A DNA stretch of 64,000 nucleotides from an uncultured Parachlamydiaceae bacterium. GTDB lineage: Bacteria; Chlamydiota; Chlamydiia; Chlamydiales; Parachlamydiaceae. How positions within the stretch are numbered: position 1 is the first letter of the stretch; every line of letters begins with the position of its first letter. The stretch is taken from positions 1 to 64,000 of the forward strand of contig CAVVXH010000006.1 of assembly GCA_963752155.1 (NCBI GenBank), given 5' to 3'. Under the pieces are notes generated by a model. That model did no database searches, had not been told where the DNA came from, and saw only the letters and a list, made by a program, of their open reading frames with translations. A program made the position numbers and the translations under genes. This document shows positions 19,023-30,082 of this stretch, in pieces.

Positions 19023-19208
19023 GTCTTCTTTCTTGTCTATGAGCGCATAGCTTGCCTTTAAGCAGATGAGCGTATATTTATGCGAGGCAACTTTCCCAAT
19101 GATAGCAGAGCTGGAATAAATGTCAACATCGAAATCATAAAAAATAAAAAAAATGGACGATAAGGAGAAATCGGAGCAATATTAAAATCTTGTATATGCA
19201 GAGCACAT

Positions 19209-20281
19209 AAAATTAAAACGAATTTTTGAAAATTAATTCGTGCCCGTGTACAACAAAACCTTGCCATTTCTTCCTCCCCATTTCCGAATCCAAATATGTG
19301 ACTTCTAATTAAGTATGCACCCCTGATTATAACATCCAAATACTTTTTGGAGCCCTCAGCGACCAGCGGCGCGCTAATATCAAGAAGTAAACTCAAAAGC
19401 TTACGCAGAAGTGCTGTGGCTCTGCCCATCCTATTACCCATAAGTTTTTTTCTTACGCTAGGATAAAGTTACGTAGGCTTTATCCATCGATATAGCCCTA
19501 ACACAACATTATTTTTTTAACGCAAAGCGAGACAGTTGCCTACGGCGCCCCCTATTGGGAAATAACAAATTTTTAAAGCGCCTTGCCATTGGTGCCTGAC
19601 CTGATATTCTGACATTTGCCTACAATGATAACGTAACCTCCCAGGAGGGCAAATGTCAGAATGTCAGGTCTGGAACCAAGGCTAAACGTTACCTCTCAGA
19701 ATTTAGTATCTTGTTATTAATTGAAAACGATGCTTTTTTCAGTTGCGTAAATCTTGGGGGTAACGTTTCAGCCTTGGTTCCAGACCTGACATTCTGACAT
19801 TTGCCCTTTAGGAATCAATGTTATCGCATCGGCAAATGTCAGAATATCAGGTCAGGCACCAATGGCAAGGCGCGAACTTGTTATTTAGGAGAAACAAAAG
19901 GCCCATATGACTTATGGGTAATAGGATGGCTCTGCCACAGCGCGTTAAGAAGGTTTAATCATAAAGTATGCAATTAAAAATTATAGGATGTTGTCTCGCT
20001 TTATGCAGGCCTCCTACTCGTAGCTTCATTCAGACCATAAATGTATGTCAGTAACGGATTTGTAAAACAACAAAACCCTTGCCAACTGAAAGGGAAAAAA
20101 TTTTTTAATTGCATGCTTTATGATCTAAACCTTCTTCACGCGCTGTGGCAAAGCCACAGCACTCCAAAAAGTATTTGGATGTTATAATCAGGGATGCATA
20201 CTTAATTTGAAGTCACGTATTTTGGATTTGGAAATGGGGGGGAGGAAGAAGTCGCAAAGTTTCGGTTAGCGGGAATTGCTG
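19209..20281. repeat. Nested composite of palindromic elements
   Basis: Outer inverted repeat of about 95 bp (19256-19352 and 20163-20263). Inner inverted repeat CCATCCTATTACCCATAAGT (about 19426-19445 and 19910-19929). Twin family-A hairpins at 19580-19683 and 19771-19871. Solo family-C end at 20266-20281. Confidence 0.85.
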
Positions 20282-20366
20282 GATTAAATTAATCCTTTTA
20301 AATTAAGATCCCAGTATCAGACCACATGACCCCTATGCGTAGGCAATAGCTAAGGCAAGAAAATCA

Positions 20367-22301
20367 ATGGCAAATTATTTGCATATCCCTAAAATTGTTC
20401 CGTGTGTTGATCCTGAAGAAGATCATTTACCTCATGTAGAAATCATGACTCGCCTGCTTGCCAAGGTATTGCCTGAAGATCTTTTTTCCCCAAAGCTCAC
20501 TTCTAATGAAAAAGAACAATTTCAAATGCTTCTTCCTCTAGTCACCTCCACACACTGTCAAAGCACTCCGATTAAGAAGTCTTTCATTTTCTTAGCAAAA
20601 TCTCGATCAAGTTCATTTAAATTCTTTTTCGAGATGATCAGCCATTGGATTATTCCTGGAAAACGATTAAATGTGGTTCTCATCAATGCGATGGACTTTC
20701 GTATGCCTGATATCAACGATGGGATTCTGACACTTTGTGAAATTGTCATCGCAGTGGAAGATGAGGCAGAGCTTAATCAAATTCTGACCTCACTTCCTAT
20801 CATCGAAGCTGAAATCAAGTTAGGGCTAGAATCCAGCTACTATGCTAGACGCATTTTAGAAGTTAAAGGATTGGCTGCCGATGCCAAAACAGCTAGTATT
20901 CATGAGGATATTTCTCACCTTGCAAGGCGACTTCCAAAAATCTTTGAGCATGAGATTCTAGCAGAAATGCAGCACGTATTGGTCATGACTCGAGAAGAAT
21001 TTAAGACGCCTCGCTCCAGTCGTCATTTAAGTAAAATCATCAGCATCCACTATCTTTTTCGAAAAGATCTACATTCCGCTATTAAAGATCTTCCAGATCA
21101 ACGTCATATAAGATTAAAGATTTTTAAATCTAAGCTCCATTTACCTAAAGGGAAGAAAAACGTCCTCTGCATTTTAATTAATCTAAGTTTTTTTAAAGAA
21201 AGAGAGCTACTCGAAAAAAAACACATTCTCACAATCATCCAACACCATATCCCAGAGGCTCTCTCCATTGAACACTCTTTTTTTATTGATCGACGCAGCA
21301 TGGACAGCCTCAGCACCCTCTATCTAGAAATTGAAAAAAGCGATGGACTAGACTTCTCGGCTGAAGAAATTTCCCTACTTTACGACAACCTTCCCAAAGA
21401 ACTTAAAGACAATATTGGCCACCTCATGCACCCTGTATTTATGCCTTGTAATGAGGAAGAAATCATGCGCAATATTCTGAGCTTGAGCAATGAAATCCGA
21501 TACTTACGAGATATTCCTCAAGTAATAATTACCTTTCATGAACAGACAAACACACATCTTTCCTTTATAGTGATTATAGTACGTATCGTAGGTCCGAACA
21601 CTCCTCGAGTACCAGAGATTTTGTTTGAAAATTCTTCTCTAGAATATATCTATGACAGATCAAAGCCAATAGGCACGTTAAGAAATAAACATCTTAAAGA
21701 AGCTTTAGTTTTGCGAGTAAAATTACCTAAAGATCCGTTTCTACGCCAAGATCACTCCATTGATCTCTATAAAGCCAGACACTCTGTTGTCACGGATTTA
21801 TCTACTTTTATTGGAGAATTCAGAGATTTTAATGGTGGGATGCTTACAAAACAAAATGAACTTCTTAGTGCTCTTAAAGAGCTTTTAGGAGATGACATAC
21901 GTTATAATGAATTACTATTAGAAAATTTCTTCTTTTCATTAATGCCTGTAACAATGCGTTCACTTCTGGAACCTGAAGCCCTTAAAACACTCTTTTTAAT
22001 GCTTCTGAGCACTATTGAATATGGCTTTTCTGAAGGAAGTCACTATCGCATTCGACAAGATCTCGATTTTATCTTTGTTTTAATAAAAATTGAAAAAGCT
22101 GAGCAAAAAGAAAAACTTCGCCTTGCTTTGCAAAAATTCAATCTTCATTCTACTGAATTAGCTCACATGAACATCAAGGCCCATGATTTATCCTATTTTG
22201 GTTACATTTACCGCTGTGACGACCCCCCAAAGCAACAAAACTTTTTACAAGCCGTCCAGACAGCTATGTACGATTCGGCTGCGCCAAAGCCCCGTGGCTG
22301 A
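20367..22301 (+). CDS. Conserved chlamydial hypothetical protein (644 aa)
   Basis: Long uninterrupted ORF with DLYKAR...IGEFRDFNGGM motif; function not recognisable. Confidence 0.75.
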   Translation: MANYLHIPKIVPCVDPEEDHLPHVEIMTRLLAKVLPEDLFSPKLTSNEKEQFQMLLPLVTSTHCQSTPIKKSFIFLAKSRSSSFKFFFEMISHWIIPGKRLNVVLINAMDFRMPDINDGILTLCEIVIAVEDEAELNQILTSLPIIEAEIKLGLESSYYARRILEVKGLAADAKTASIHEDISHLARRLPKIFEHEILAEMQHVLVMTREEFKTPRSSRHLSKIISIHYLFRKDLHSAIKDLPDQRHIRLKIFKSKLHLPKGKKNVLCILINLSFFKERELLEKKHILTIIQHHIPEALSIEHSFFIDRRSMDSLSTLYLEIEKSDGLDFSAEEISLLYDNLPKELKDNIGHLMHPVFMPCNEEEIMRNILSLSNEIRYLRDIPQVIITFHEQTNTHLSFIVIIVRIVGPNTPRVPEILFENSSLEYIYDRSKPIGTLRNKHLKEALVLRVKLPKDPFLRQDHSIDLYKARHSVVTDLSTFIGEFRDFNGGMLTKQNELLSALKELLGDDIRYNELLLENFFFSLMPVTMRSLLEPEALKTLFLMLLSTIEYGFSEGSHYRIRQDLDFIFVLIKIEKAEQKEKLRLALQKFNLHSTELAHMNIKAHDLSYFGYIYRCDDPPKQQNFLQAVQTAMYDSAAPKPRG

Positions 22302-22360
22302 ACGATCGAAAGTGACCCTATATTGTAACATTGGGTCACTTTCGATCATTCAGCCACGGG
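22291..22360. repeat. 70-bp hairpin between convergent genes; supplies the stop codon of the upstream ORF
   Basis: CCCGTGGCTGAACGATCGAAAGTGACCC pairs with GGGTCACTTTCGATCATTCAGCCACGGG. Confidence 0.85.
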
Positions 22361-22386
22361 AGCACAAGTTATTATTGACCAGTCCA

Positions 22387-22692
22387 CTAGTACTTAATGT
22401 TAAAATTGCTATTAGCTAGTTCCTGCAACGCTGCAACAGCTTCCTCTGCATCTTTTCCATTTGCAATAATCTTAATTTTAGATCCTTTTGCAGCAGCAAA
22501 CAACAATATGCCAAGTAACGATTTTGCATTTGCATACATTTTTTGAAATTCTAACTTTATTTCAGACTTGAATGAAGTCGCTAACCTTACAATCTCTGTC
22601 GAGGGTCGTGTATGCAATCCACGATCATTTTTAACGATAAAATATCCTTGACTCGTGGTGGGCTTCTTGTTCCTGTCTCTCTCCAAATCCAT
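22387..22692 (-). CDS. ptsH: PTS phosphocarrier protein HPr
   Basis: VKNDRGLHTRPS (His15 equivalent) and NAKSLLGILL (Ser46 equivalent); likely start MDLERD at 22692. Confidence 0.92.
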   Translation of the reverse strand: MDLERDRNKKPTTSQGYFIVKNDRGLHTRPSTEIVRLATSFKSEIKLEFQKMYANAKSLLGILLFAAAKGSKIKIIANGKDAEEAVAALQELANSNFNIKY

Positions 22693-22821
22693 GCTCAGCC
22701 TTTTGAAAAAATAGTGATGATAGCTCTTTCCTGATAACTCTGCATCTAATTTTTTGCAATTTAAAACTGTATCTGTTTTGATTGGATGTACATATATATT
22801 AAAGGTATGATTGGGCAAGTT

Positions 22822-22876
22822 CAGCAATTCCCGCTAATTTTCGGGCGCGGGCACGAAAGTTTAGCGGGAATTGCTG
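22822..22876. mobile_element. MITE family C (55 bp)
   Basis: Perfect 16-bp terminal inverted repeat CAGCAATTCCCGCTAA; 9-bp direct repeat GGGCAAGTT at 22813-22821 and 22877-22885. Confidence 0.85.
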
Positions 22877-22937
22877 GGGCAAGTTATTGTTGCAAAGTCC
22901 CTTAATGCTTAAATCACCTATCACCTCGGAGAAATAC

Positions 22938-24746
22938 ATGGTCGTAGAACGCTCTTCAGTCGCCCTTCAAGATCGTTGGAATGTTGAATCTCTTTTTCCT
23001 GATCTAGCCACTTGGCAAAAAAGTTTTGAAGAATGCCACATCAAAGAAAGACCTCATTGGCCCGAATTTGAAGCCTATAGAGGCAAACTTGCCAATCCTA
23101 AAATTTTAAATGAATTTTTGGAAAAATATTTGACTGTCAGCAGAAAGCTGTCGACGCTTTACACATACGCCCATCTGCGCCATGATGAAGAACTCACTCT
23201 TGACGAATATAAAGTTGCTTTCAGTAAAATTTCTTCTCTGTCCAATGATTTCGGCGAAGAATCAGCTTGGGTTGAACCTGAACTTTTAGAGTTAGACCAA
23301 AATACAATTGATGCTCTATTGAAAGCTCCTGAACTTGAAGCCTATCGATTTTATCTAGAAAAAATTCTACGTCTTAAGCAACACACCCTTTCGTGCGAAA
23401 TGGAAGAACTTATTGCCAAAGCAAGCAAAGCGATGGAGACGTCCCACAAAACATTCAGTGCCATCAATGATGCTGATTTCAAATTTGGACAAGTTCTTGA
23501 TGGGCAAGGAAATAAGCTTGAACTCACTCATTCCACATACGGAGTCTACATGCGTGAGCATGATCGAATTTTAAGAAAAAATGCCTTTGAACAACTCCAC
23601 AATAAGTTTTCTGAATTTGAAAATACACTCTGTGAACTTTTAAACGGCGAAGTTCAAGCTCACCTTTTCAGCTGTCGAGCGCGTAAATACAAATCAACCC
23701 TAGAAACTGCCTTATTTCCTCAAAATATAGATCCACAAGTCTATCACGCATTAATTACTGCGGTTAATAGTGAAATACCAGCTCTGCATAGGTCTATGGA
23801 ATTGCGAAAAAAAATTTTAGGAGTCGATGAATTGCATCTTTATGACATTTATGTTCCCCTTACATCAGATTATAAAATTGAAATGTCTTATGATGAGGCT
23901 GTTGACACAATCCTAGAATCTGTCGCACCTTTAGGACCTGAATATCAAAACCTTTTAAAAAAAGGGTTCAAAGAAGACCGCTGGGTAGATCGTTATGAAA
24001 ACAAAAATAAACGTTCCGGAGCCTATTCCAGCGGCAGTTATGACAGCATGCCCTATATTTTGATGAACTATAAGGGAAAACTCAAAGACGTTTTCACGCT
24101 TACTCATGAAGCTGGTCATAGCATGCACAGCCTCTTAACCCATTCACATCAACCTTACGCCTATGGTCATTACTCCATTTTTGTGGCAGAGGTTGCCTCC
24201 ACATTCAACGAAGAGCTCTTGATGCAACTTTTACTGAAACGAGCAAAGAGTAAGGAAGAGAAAATCTATTTATTGAATCAAAAAGCTGAAGATATTCGAG
24301 CGACATTGTTTAGACAAACAATGTTTGCAGAATTTGAGTTGCTCATTCACACTCTAGCTGAGCAAGAGGTTCCCCTAACACCGACGCTATTACGACAAGA
24401 ATATCGGAAATTAAATCAAAAGTACTTTGGACCAAATGTCGTCATCGATAGTGAAATTGACATTGAATGGGCGCGCATTCCCCATTTCTATTACAATTTT
24501 TACGTCTATCAATATGCAACTGGAATTAGTGCTGCCTTAGCCCTTGCCGAACGGATTACCCATGGTGGTAATCAAGAGCGCGATGATTATTTAACTTTCC
24601 TCAAAGGCGGATCCAGTCGATATCCAATCGATATGCTAAAAGTTGCGGGGATCAATATGCTGGAGCCTCATCCAGTAAAAGCGGCTATTGCTCGCTACTC
24701 AAGCTTACTTGATCAGTTAAGTGAATTACTTGCTTTAAAAAAATAG
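22938..24746 (+). CDS. pepF: Oligoendopeptidase F (M3B)
   Basis: WVDRYENKNKRSGAYS, TLTHEAGHSMHS zinc motif, AEVAST, EWARIPHFY. Confidence 0.96.
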   Translation: MVVERSSVALQDRWNVESLFPDLATWQKSFEECHIKERPHWPEFEAYRGKLANPKILNEFLEKYLTVSRKLSTLYTYAHLRHDEELTLDEYKVAFSKISSLSNDFGEESAWVEPELLELDQNTIDALLKAPELEAYRFYLEKILRLKQHTLSCEMEELIAKASKAMETSHKTFSAINDADFKFGQVLDGQGNKLELTHSTYGVYMREHDRILRKNAFEQLHNKFSEFENTLCELLNGEVQAHLFSCRARKYKSTLETALFPQNIDPQVYHALITAVNSEIPALHRSMELRKKILGVDELHLYDIYVPLTSDYKIEMSYDEAVDTILESVAPLGPEYQNLLKKGFKEDRWVDRYENKNKRSGAYSSGSYDSMPYILMNYKGKLKDVFTLTHEAGHSMHSLLTHSHQPYAYGHYSIFVAEVASTFNEELLMQLLLKRAKSKEEKIYLLNQKAEDIRATLFRQTMFAEFELLIHTLAEQEVPLTPTLLRQEYRKLNQKYFGPNVVIDSEIDIEWARIPHFYYNFYVYQYATGISAALALAERITHGGNQERDDYLTFLKGGSSRYPIDMLKVAGINMLEPHPVKAAIARYSSLLDQLSELLALKK

Positions 24747-24769
24747 CACTCGCGCGAGCTTAGTGCTAA
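24743..24769. promoter_or_regulatory. CIRCE element (HrcA operator)
   Basis: ATAGCACTC-N9-TAGTGCTAA versus consensus TTAGCACTC-N9-GAGTGCTAA; upstream of groES and overlapping the pepF stop. Confidence 0.9.
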
Positions 24770-24777
24770 ATTTATCC

Positions 24778-24806
24778 TTGCAAAAAAAAATGGGCTCTCA
24801 TACAAT
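24778..24806 (+). promoter_or_regulatory. sigma70/sigma66 promoter of groESL
   Basis: TTGCAA-17 bp-TACAAT just downstream of CIRCE. Confidence 0.75.
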
Positions 24807-24846
24807 TAAGCTTTCTAAAACAATCTCTAAACTAGGAGGAAACCCT

Positions 24847-26843
<1,997 letters not shown>

Positions 26844-26856
26844 TCCTATACCAGAT

Positions 26857-26888
26857 AACGAGCTCCGGATGGAGCTCGTTGTTCTTTA
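26857..26888. terminator. Terminator after groEL
   Basis: AACGAGCTCC-GGAT-GGAGCTCGTT hairpin. Confidence 0.75.
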
Positions 26889-26894
26889 AAGTAC

Positions 26895-27860
26895 TTAAAC
26901 AGTGGTATTTTTCCAGAAAGCCTTAATTTCTTTTTCAGAACGGCCTGTAATCTCACAGATCTGAGAAATTGTAAAACCTAACCTAAGACAATTATTAACT
27001 GTTTCACTGAATTCTTTTTCAATTCCTAATTTCTCGCCCTTTTTGATCCCTAGTTTTTCTCCTTTTTTAATTCCTAGCTTCTCTCCTTTTTTAATTCCTA
27101 GTTTCTCTCCTTTTTTAATTCCTAGTTTCTCTCCCTCATCTAATTTTTGAGCCATAGCGGCAAAGTATGCTCCCCTATATTTCTCAGCTTGATCATAAGT
27201 TCGCATCTCTTCTTCACTCCAAGAAAATCGATCTAATTCATCAAAAGCACGTTCAATAATTTGGTCCTGACCAATGATCTGATTTAAATCTTTTGGGAAT
27301 GTATCCTCTGCATGTTTAAAAAAATAGGCCCATTTATCAGTCATGCTTTCAAGTTCATGAATTTTCTTGTTAAATTTTGAGAGTTCTAAAAACGTAAAGG
27401 AAAAGTCTTTTAGATCATTTTCATGAGTGTGCTTGTCTAATATAACATGATCTGATTTATACGCTTTTTTATTGGGAAACATTGTAAAGTCGGCAATAGC
27501 GAAAAAAATAATTTCTTTAAGTTCATGATATACTGCCCCTACAGGAGCCTGTGCGACATACGCCTTAGAAGCATAATATTGTGCTCTTTTTTCAAATCCC
27601 TTTTCTTGAGCGACTTGCATTTCCACAATATAATAATTACCAACTTGATCTTTACATAAAATGTCTACAATGCTGCTCTTCAAAACTGCTATGTCGGGAT
27701 CTTGAATGGTTTTCAAAAAAGTTACATCAACGATGGGTTGATGCTCTTTAAAGATAAGCATATCATTCAAGAAATGAATCAGAATATCTTTATTTTTTTC
27801 TGTGCCAAAAATTTTTTTAAAAGCTACATCATTTTTTGGATCAAGAAACTTCGATATCAT
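26895..27860 (-). CDS. Rpn family recombination-promoting nuclease (PD-(D/E)XK nuclease family transposase-like)
   Basis: LDPKNDVAFKKIFG, VDILCKD...IVEMQ, RAQYY; C-terminal GEKLGIKK repeats. Confidence 0.92.
   Translation of the reverse strand: MISKFLDPKNDVAFKKIFGTEKNKDILIHFLNDMLIFKEHQPIVDVTFLKTIQDPDIAVLKSSIVDILCKDQVGNYYIVEMQVAQEKGFEKRAQYYASKAYVAQAPVGAVYHELKEIIFFAIADFTMFPNKKAYKSDHVILDKHTHENDLKDFSFTFLELSKFNKKIHELESMTDKWAYFFKHAEDTFPKDLNQIIGQDQIIERAFDELDRFSWSEEEMRTYDQAEKYRGAYFAAMAQKLDEGEKLGIKKGEKLGIKKGEKLGIKKGEKLGIKKGEKLGIEKEFSETVNNCLRLGFTISQICEITGRSEKEIKAFWKNTTV
27020..27136 (-). repeat. 24-bp coding tandem repeat x5 (GEKLGIKK)
   Basis: Visible in the DNA and in the Rpn translation. Confidence 0.9.
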
Positions 27861-27964
27861 AGCTCATTAACCTCTATTTTTTCTTAAAACTCTTCCATAG
27901 TTTTATCTAACTTATAAGGATTTAAATCTAGATATTTATATTTTAACGTATCAAAATTGTCAAG

Positions 27965-28750
27965 TCAATGAAAAAAATCCATATCTACAACAGGAACTTG
28001 CTTTAACTTATGGGGGCGCAGTAAATCTTCCATTTCTCTACGAGCTCCCTTAAACACTGCTGACCAACTCACTTCCCCTCTTTCCCCCTCCACAACTTTT
28101 TTTAAACTTCTAAGAAAAGAACGCGTATAAAAACTTCCTTTCACAGTGCAATAGGAAGGTTGACCCGCACTGGCACTTACTACTGCAATTATCCCCTTAG
28201 TTTTAAAAAACAGAGTGTTATAGTTTTTCTTTTTAGATGTCGAAATCGTCAATTCAGGAAGTTGACCTTTTATAACAGGGGGAGCCCGTTGGGAAATTTT
28301 CCAGTTACAGCAATCTGCAAATATAATTGATAACCCCGCTCTTTTCTTTCGTATTTCTTCAATAATTTCTTTAAAATCTAAACCACAATTTTCAAGAGGA
28401 AAATCAAGATTCGGCCATGGACTCCCTTCATTTAACGAAGTTCTATACCCATGACCTGAAAAGTAAAATAGAAGAATATCATCTTTTTGTGCCTTTAAAC
28501 TTTTAATTGTCTTTAATACATCATGAGCAATGGATTTTGCTTTGTTAAAAAGTCGAACTTTTAAATTGTATTTTCCGATTTCCACTATCGTTTGAATTTC
28601 CCTCTCTATCATCTGAAGATCCGTTTTGGTGGCTCGAGAAATATCCTCAGAATAGCTATCTGCCACCAGAATAGCATGGAAATCTCTTGCACTTAAAGGA
28701 GTACACAACGAACAAAACTGCATGACGCAATAAAATAAAAAAAATCGCAC
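27965..28750 (-). CDS. Caspase-family (peptidase C14) protein with signal peptide
   Basis: FYFSGHG and IFADCCN His/Cys dyad, SASAGQPS, GSFYT; GGAGG RBS before GTG 28750. Confidence 0.85.
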   Translation of the reverse strand: MRFFLFYCVMQFCSLCTPLSARDFHAILVADSYSEDISRATKTDLQMIEREIQTIVEIGKYNLKVRLFNKAKSIAHDVLKTIKSLKAQKDDILLFYFSGHGYRTSLNEGSPWPNLDFPLENCGLDFKEIIEEIRKKRAGLSIIFADCCNWKISQRAPPVIKGQLPELTISTSKKKNYNTLFFKTKGIIAVVSASAGQPSYCTVKGSFYTRSFLRSLKKVVEGERGEVSWSAVFKGARREMEDLLRPHKLKQVPVVDMDFFH

Positions 28751-28816
28751 ATGGCCTCCTTTTTCAGTCGAATTTGTTAAGATATTATGCAATAATAAGA
28801 TCAAAAAGGTTCACTT

Positions 28817-29545
28817 ATGAAAATTTTATCTCTTAACCTATGCTTAATCCTTTCTTCTTTGGGGGCTGGTCTTTACTGCACAGCTGTGCCGCCTCATCCA
28901 CTTCATAAAAAAATTATCCTGCTATTAGGACCTCCAGGCTCTGGCAAAGGAACTCAAGCTGTCATGTTGGCAAAAGCTTTAGGCATCCCTCACATTTCCA
29001 CCGGAGACCTTTTTCGTGAAAATATGCGCAACAATACACCTCTTGGACTAAAGGTCAAAGCAATCATTGAATCCGGCCACCTAGTTTCCGATGAAATAGT
29101 GCTGCAAATGCTCTTTAAACGTATTGAGGCCGACGATTGCGAAGCTGGATTTCTTCTTGATGGCTTTCCTCGAACAATAGCACAAGCTGAAGCTCTTGCC
29201 AACTATATCGAAGAAAAAGCTCATCTTATTGCCATTAATTTGGCTGTTTCTGACGAGACCATTACTAAAAGAGCTGAAGGGCGACTTACTTGTCAAAGCT
29301 GCGGCCACATTCACAATAAGTATTTCTCCCCTCCGAAAGTCGAAGGCAGATGTGATCAATGTGGAGGAGAGCTAAAACAACGCCTAGATGATGCCATAGA
29401 TGTGGTACAGGAACGATTGAGGGTCTATCATGAGCAATCTAAACCTCTCATTGAATATTATACCGCACAGAATATCTTAACCACCATCGATGGCGAAAAT
29501 TCTCCTGAGGTTGTATATGAGGCACTCAAAAAAACTTGTGAATGA
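28817..29545 (+). CDS. adk: Adenylate kinase with Zn-binding LID and N-terminal hydrophobic leader
   Basis: GPPGSGKGTQ, HISTGDLFR, FLLDGFPRTIAQA, CQSC...CDQC. Confidence 0.96.
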   Translation: MKILSLNLCLILSSLGAGLYCTAVPPHPLHKKIILLLGPPGSGKGTQAVMLAKALGIPHISTGDLFRENMRNNTPLGLKVKAIIESGHLVSDEIVLQMLFKRIEADDCEAGFLLDGFPRTIAQAEALANYIEEKAHLIAINLAVSDETITKRAEGRLTCQSCGHIHNKYFSPPKVEGRCDQCGGELKQRLDDAIDVVQERLRVYHEQSKPLIEYYTAQNILTTIDGENSPEVVYEALKKTCE

Positions 29546-29562
29546 AACATATGAATAATGGA

Positions 29563-30045
29563 CTACAAGTTATTATCTTTTGCATTGACGAGATGTTCTA
29601 AAAGACCTTGGCAAGAATCTTCAAGCATATCTAATACTCGATCAAAACCCTCTTTTCCTCCATAAAAAGGATCAGGAATTTCTTCGCGAAAATAACTTTT
29701 GCTATATTCAGCAATCAAATGGACTTTTGCTTTATGCTGGGGGCTTTTGGCTAAATTGTATAACTCATTCATTATTGAATGATCCGCAGCTAAAATATAA
29801 TCAAACTGATCAAAAAAAGAAGGTTTAAATTGCTGAGCTCTACTAAGCAAAACAATTCCACGTTCATTTGCAGCTTCTCTCATTTGATCATGGGGAAGCC
29901 GCCCAATATGCCAACTACCCAGTCCACAACTCTCCACATGCAATGGCGGTATGCCGCCCGACTTTTCATGCATATGTCGCAAAATCCCTTCGGCTGCGGG
30001 TGAACGACAAATATTACCTAAACAAACAAAAAGTACTGATGTCAT
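29563..30045 (-). CDS. Low-molecular-weight protein tyrosine phosphatase
   Basis: VLFVCLGNICRSPAAE P-loop and IPDPFYGG; likely start MTSVLF. Confidence 0.95.
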   Translation of the reverse strand: MTSVLFVCLGNICRSPAAEGILRHMHEKSGGIPPLHVESCGLGSWHIGRLPHDQMREAANERGIVLLSRAQQFKPSFFDQFDYILAADHSIMNELYNLAKSPQHKAKVHLIAEYSKSYFREEIPDPFYGGKEGFDRVLDMLEDSCQGLLEHLVNAKDNNL

Positions 30046-30082
30046 AGTGTAAGGCCATTTTGATTGATTTGATTCCCATTTA

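Noticed and set aside
19058..19441. 127-aa minus-strand ORF (also 44009-44191, 44329-44586, 50335-50532, 50717-50968, 54033-54251)
   Set aside because: These run through repeat modules B, D and A and share repeat-derived peptides; not credible genes
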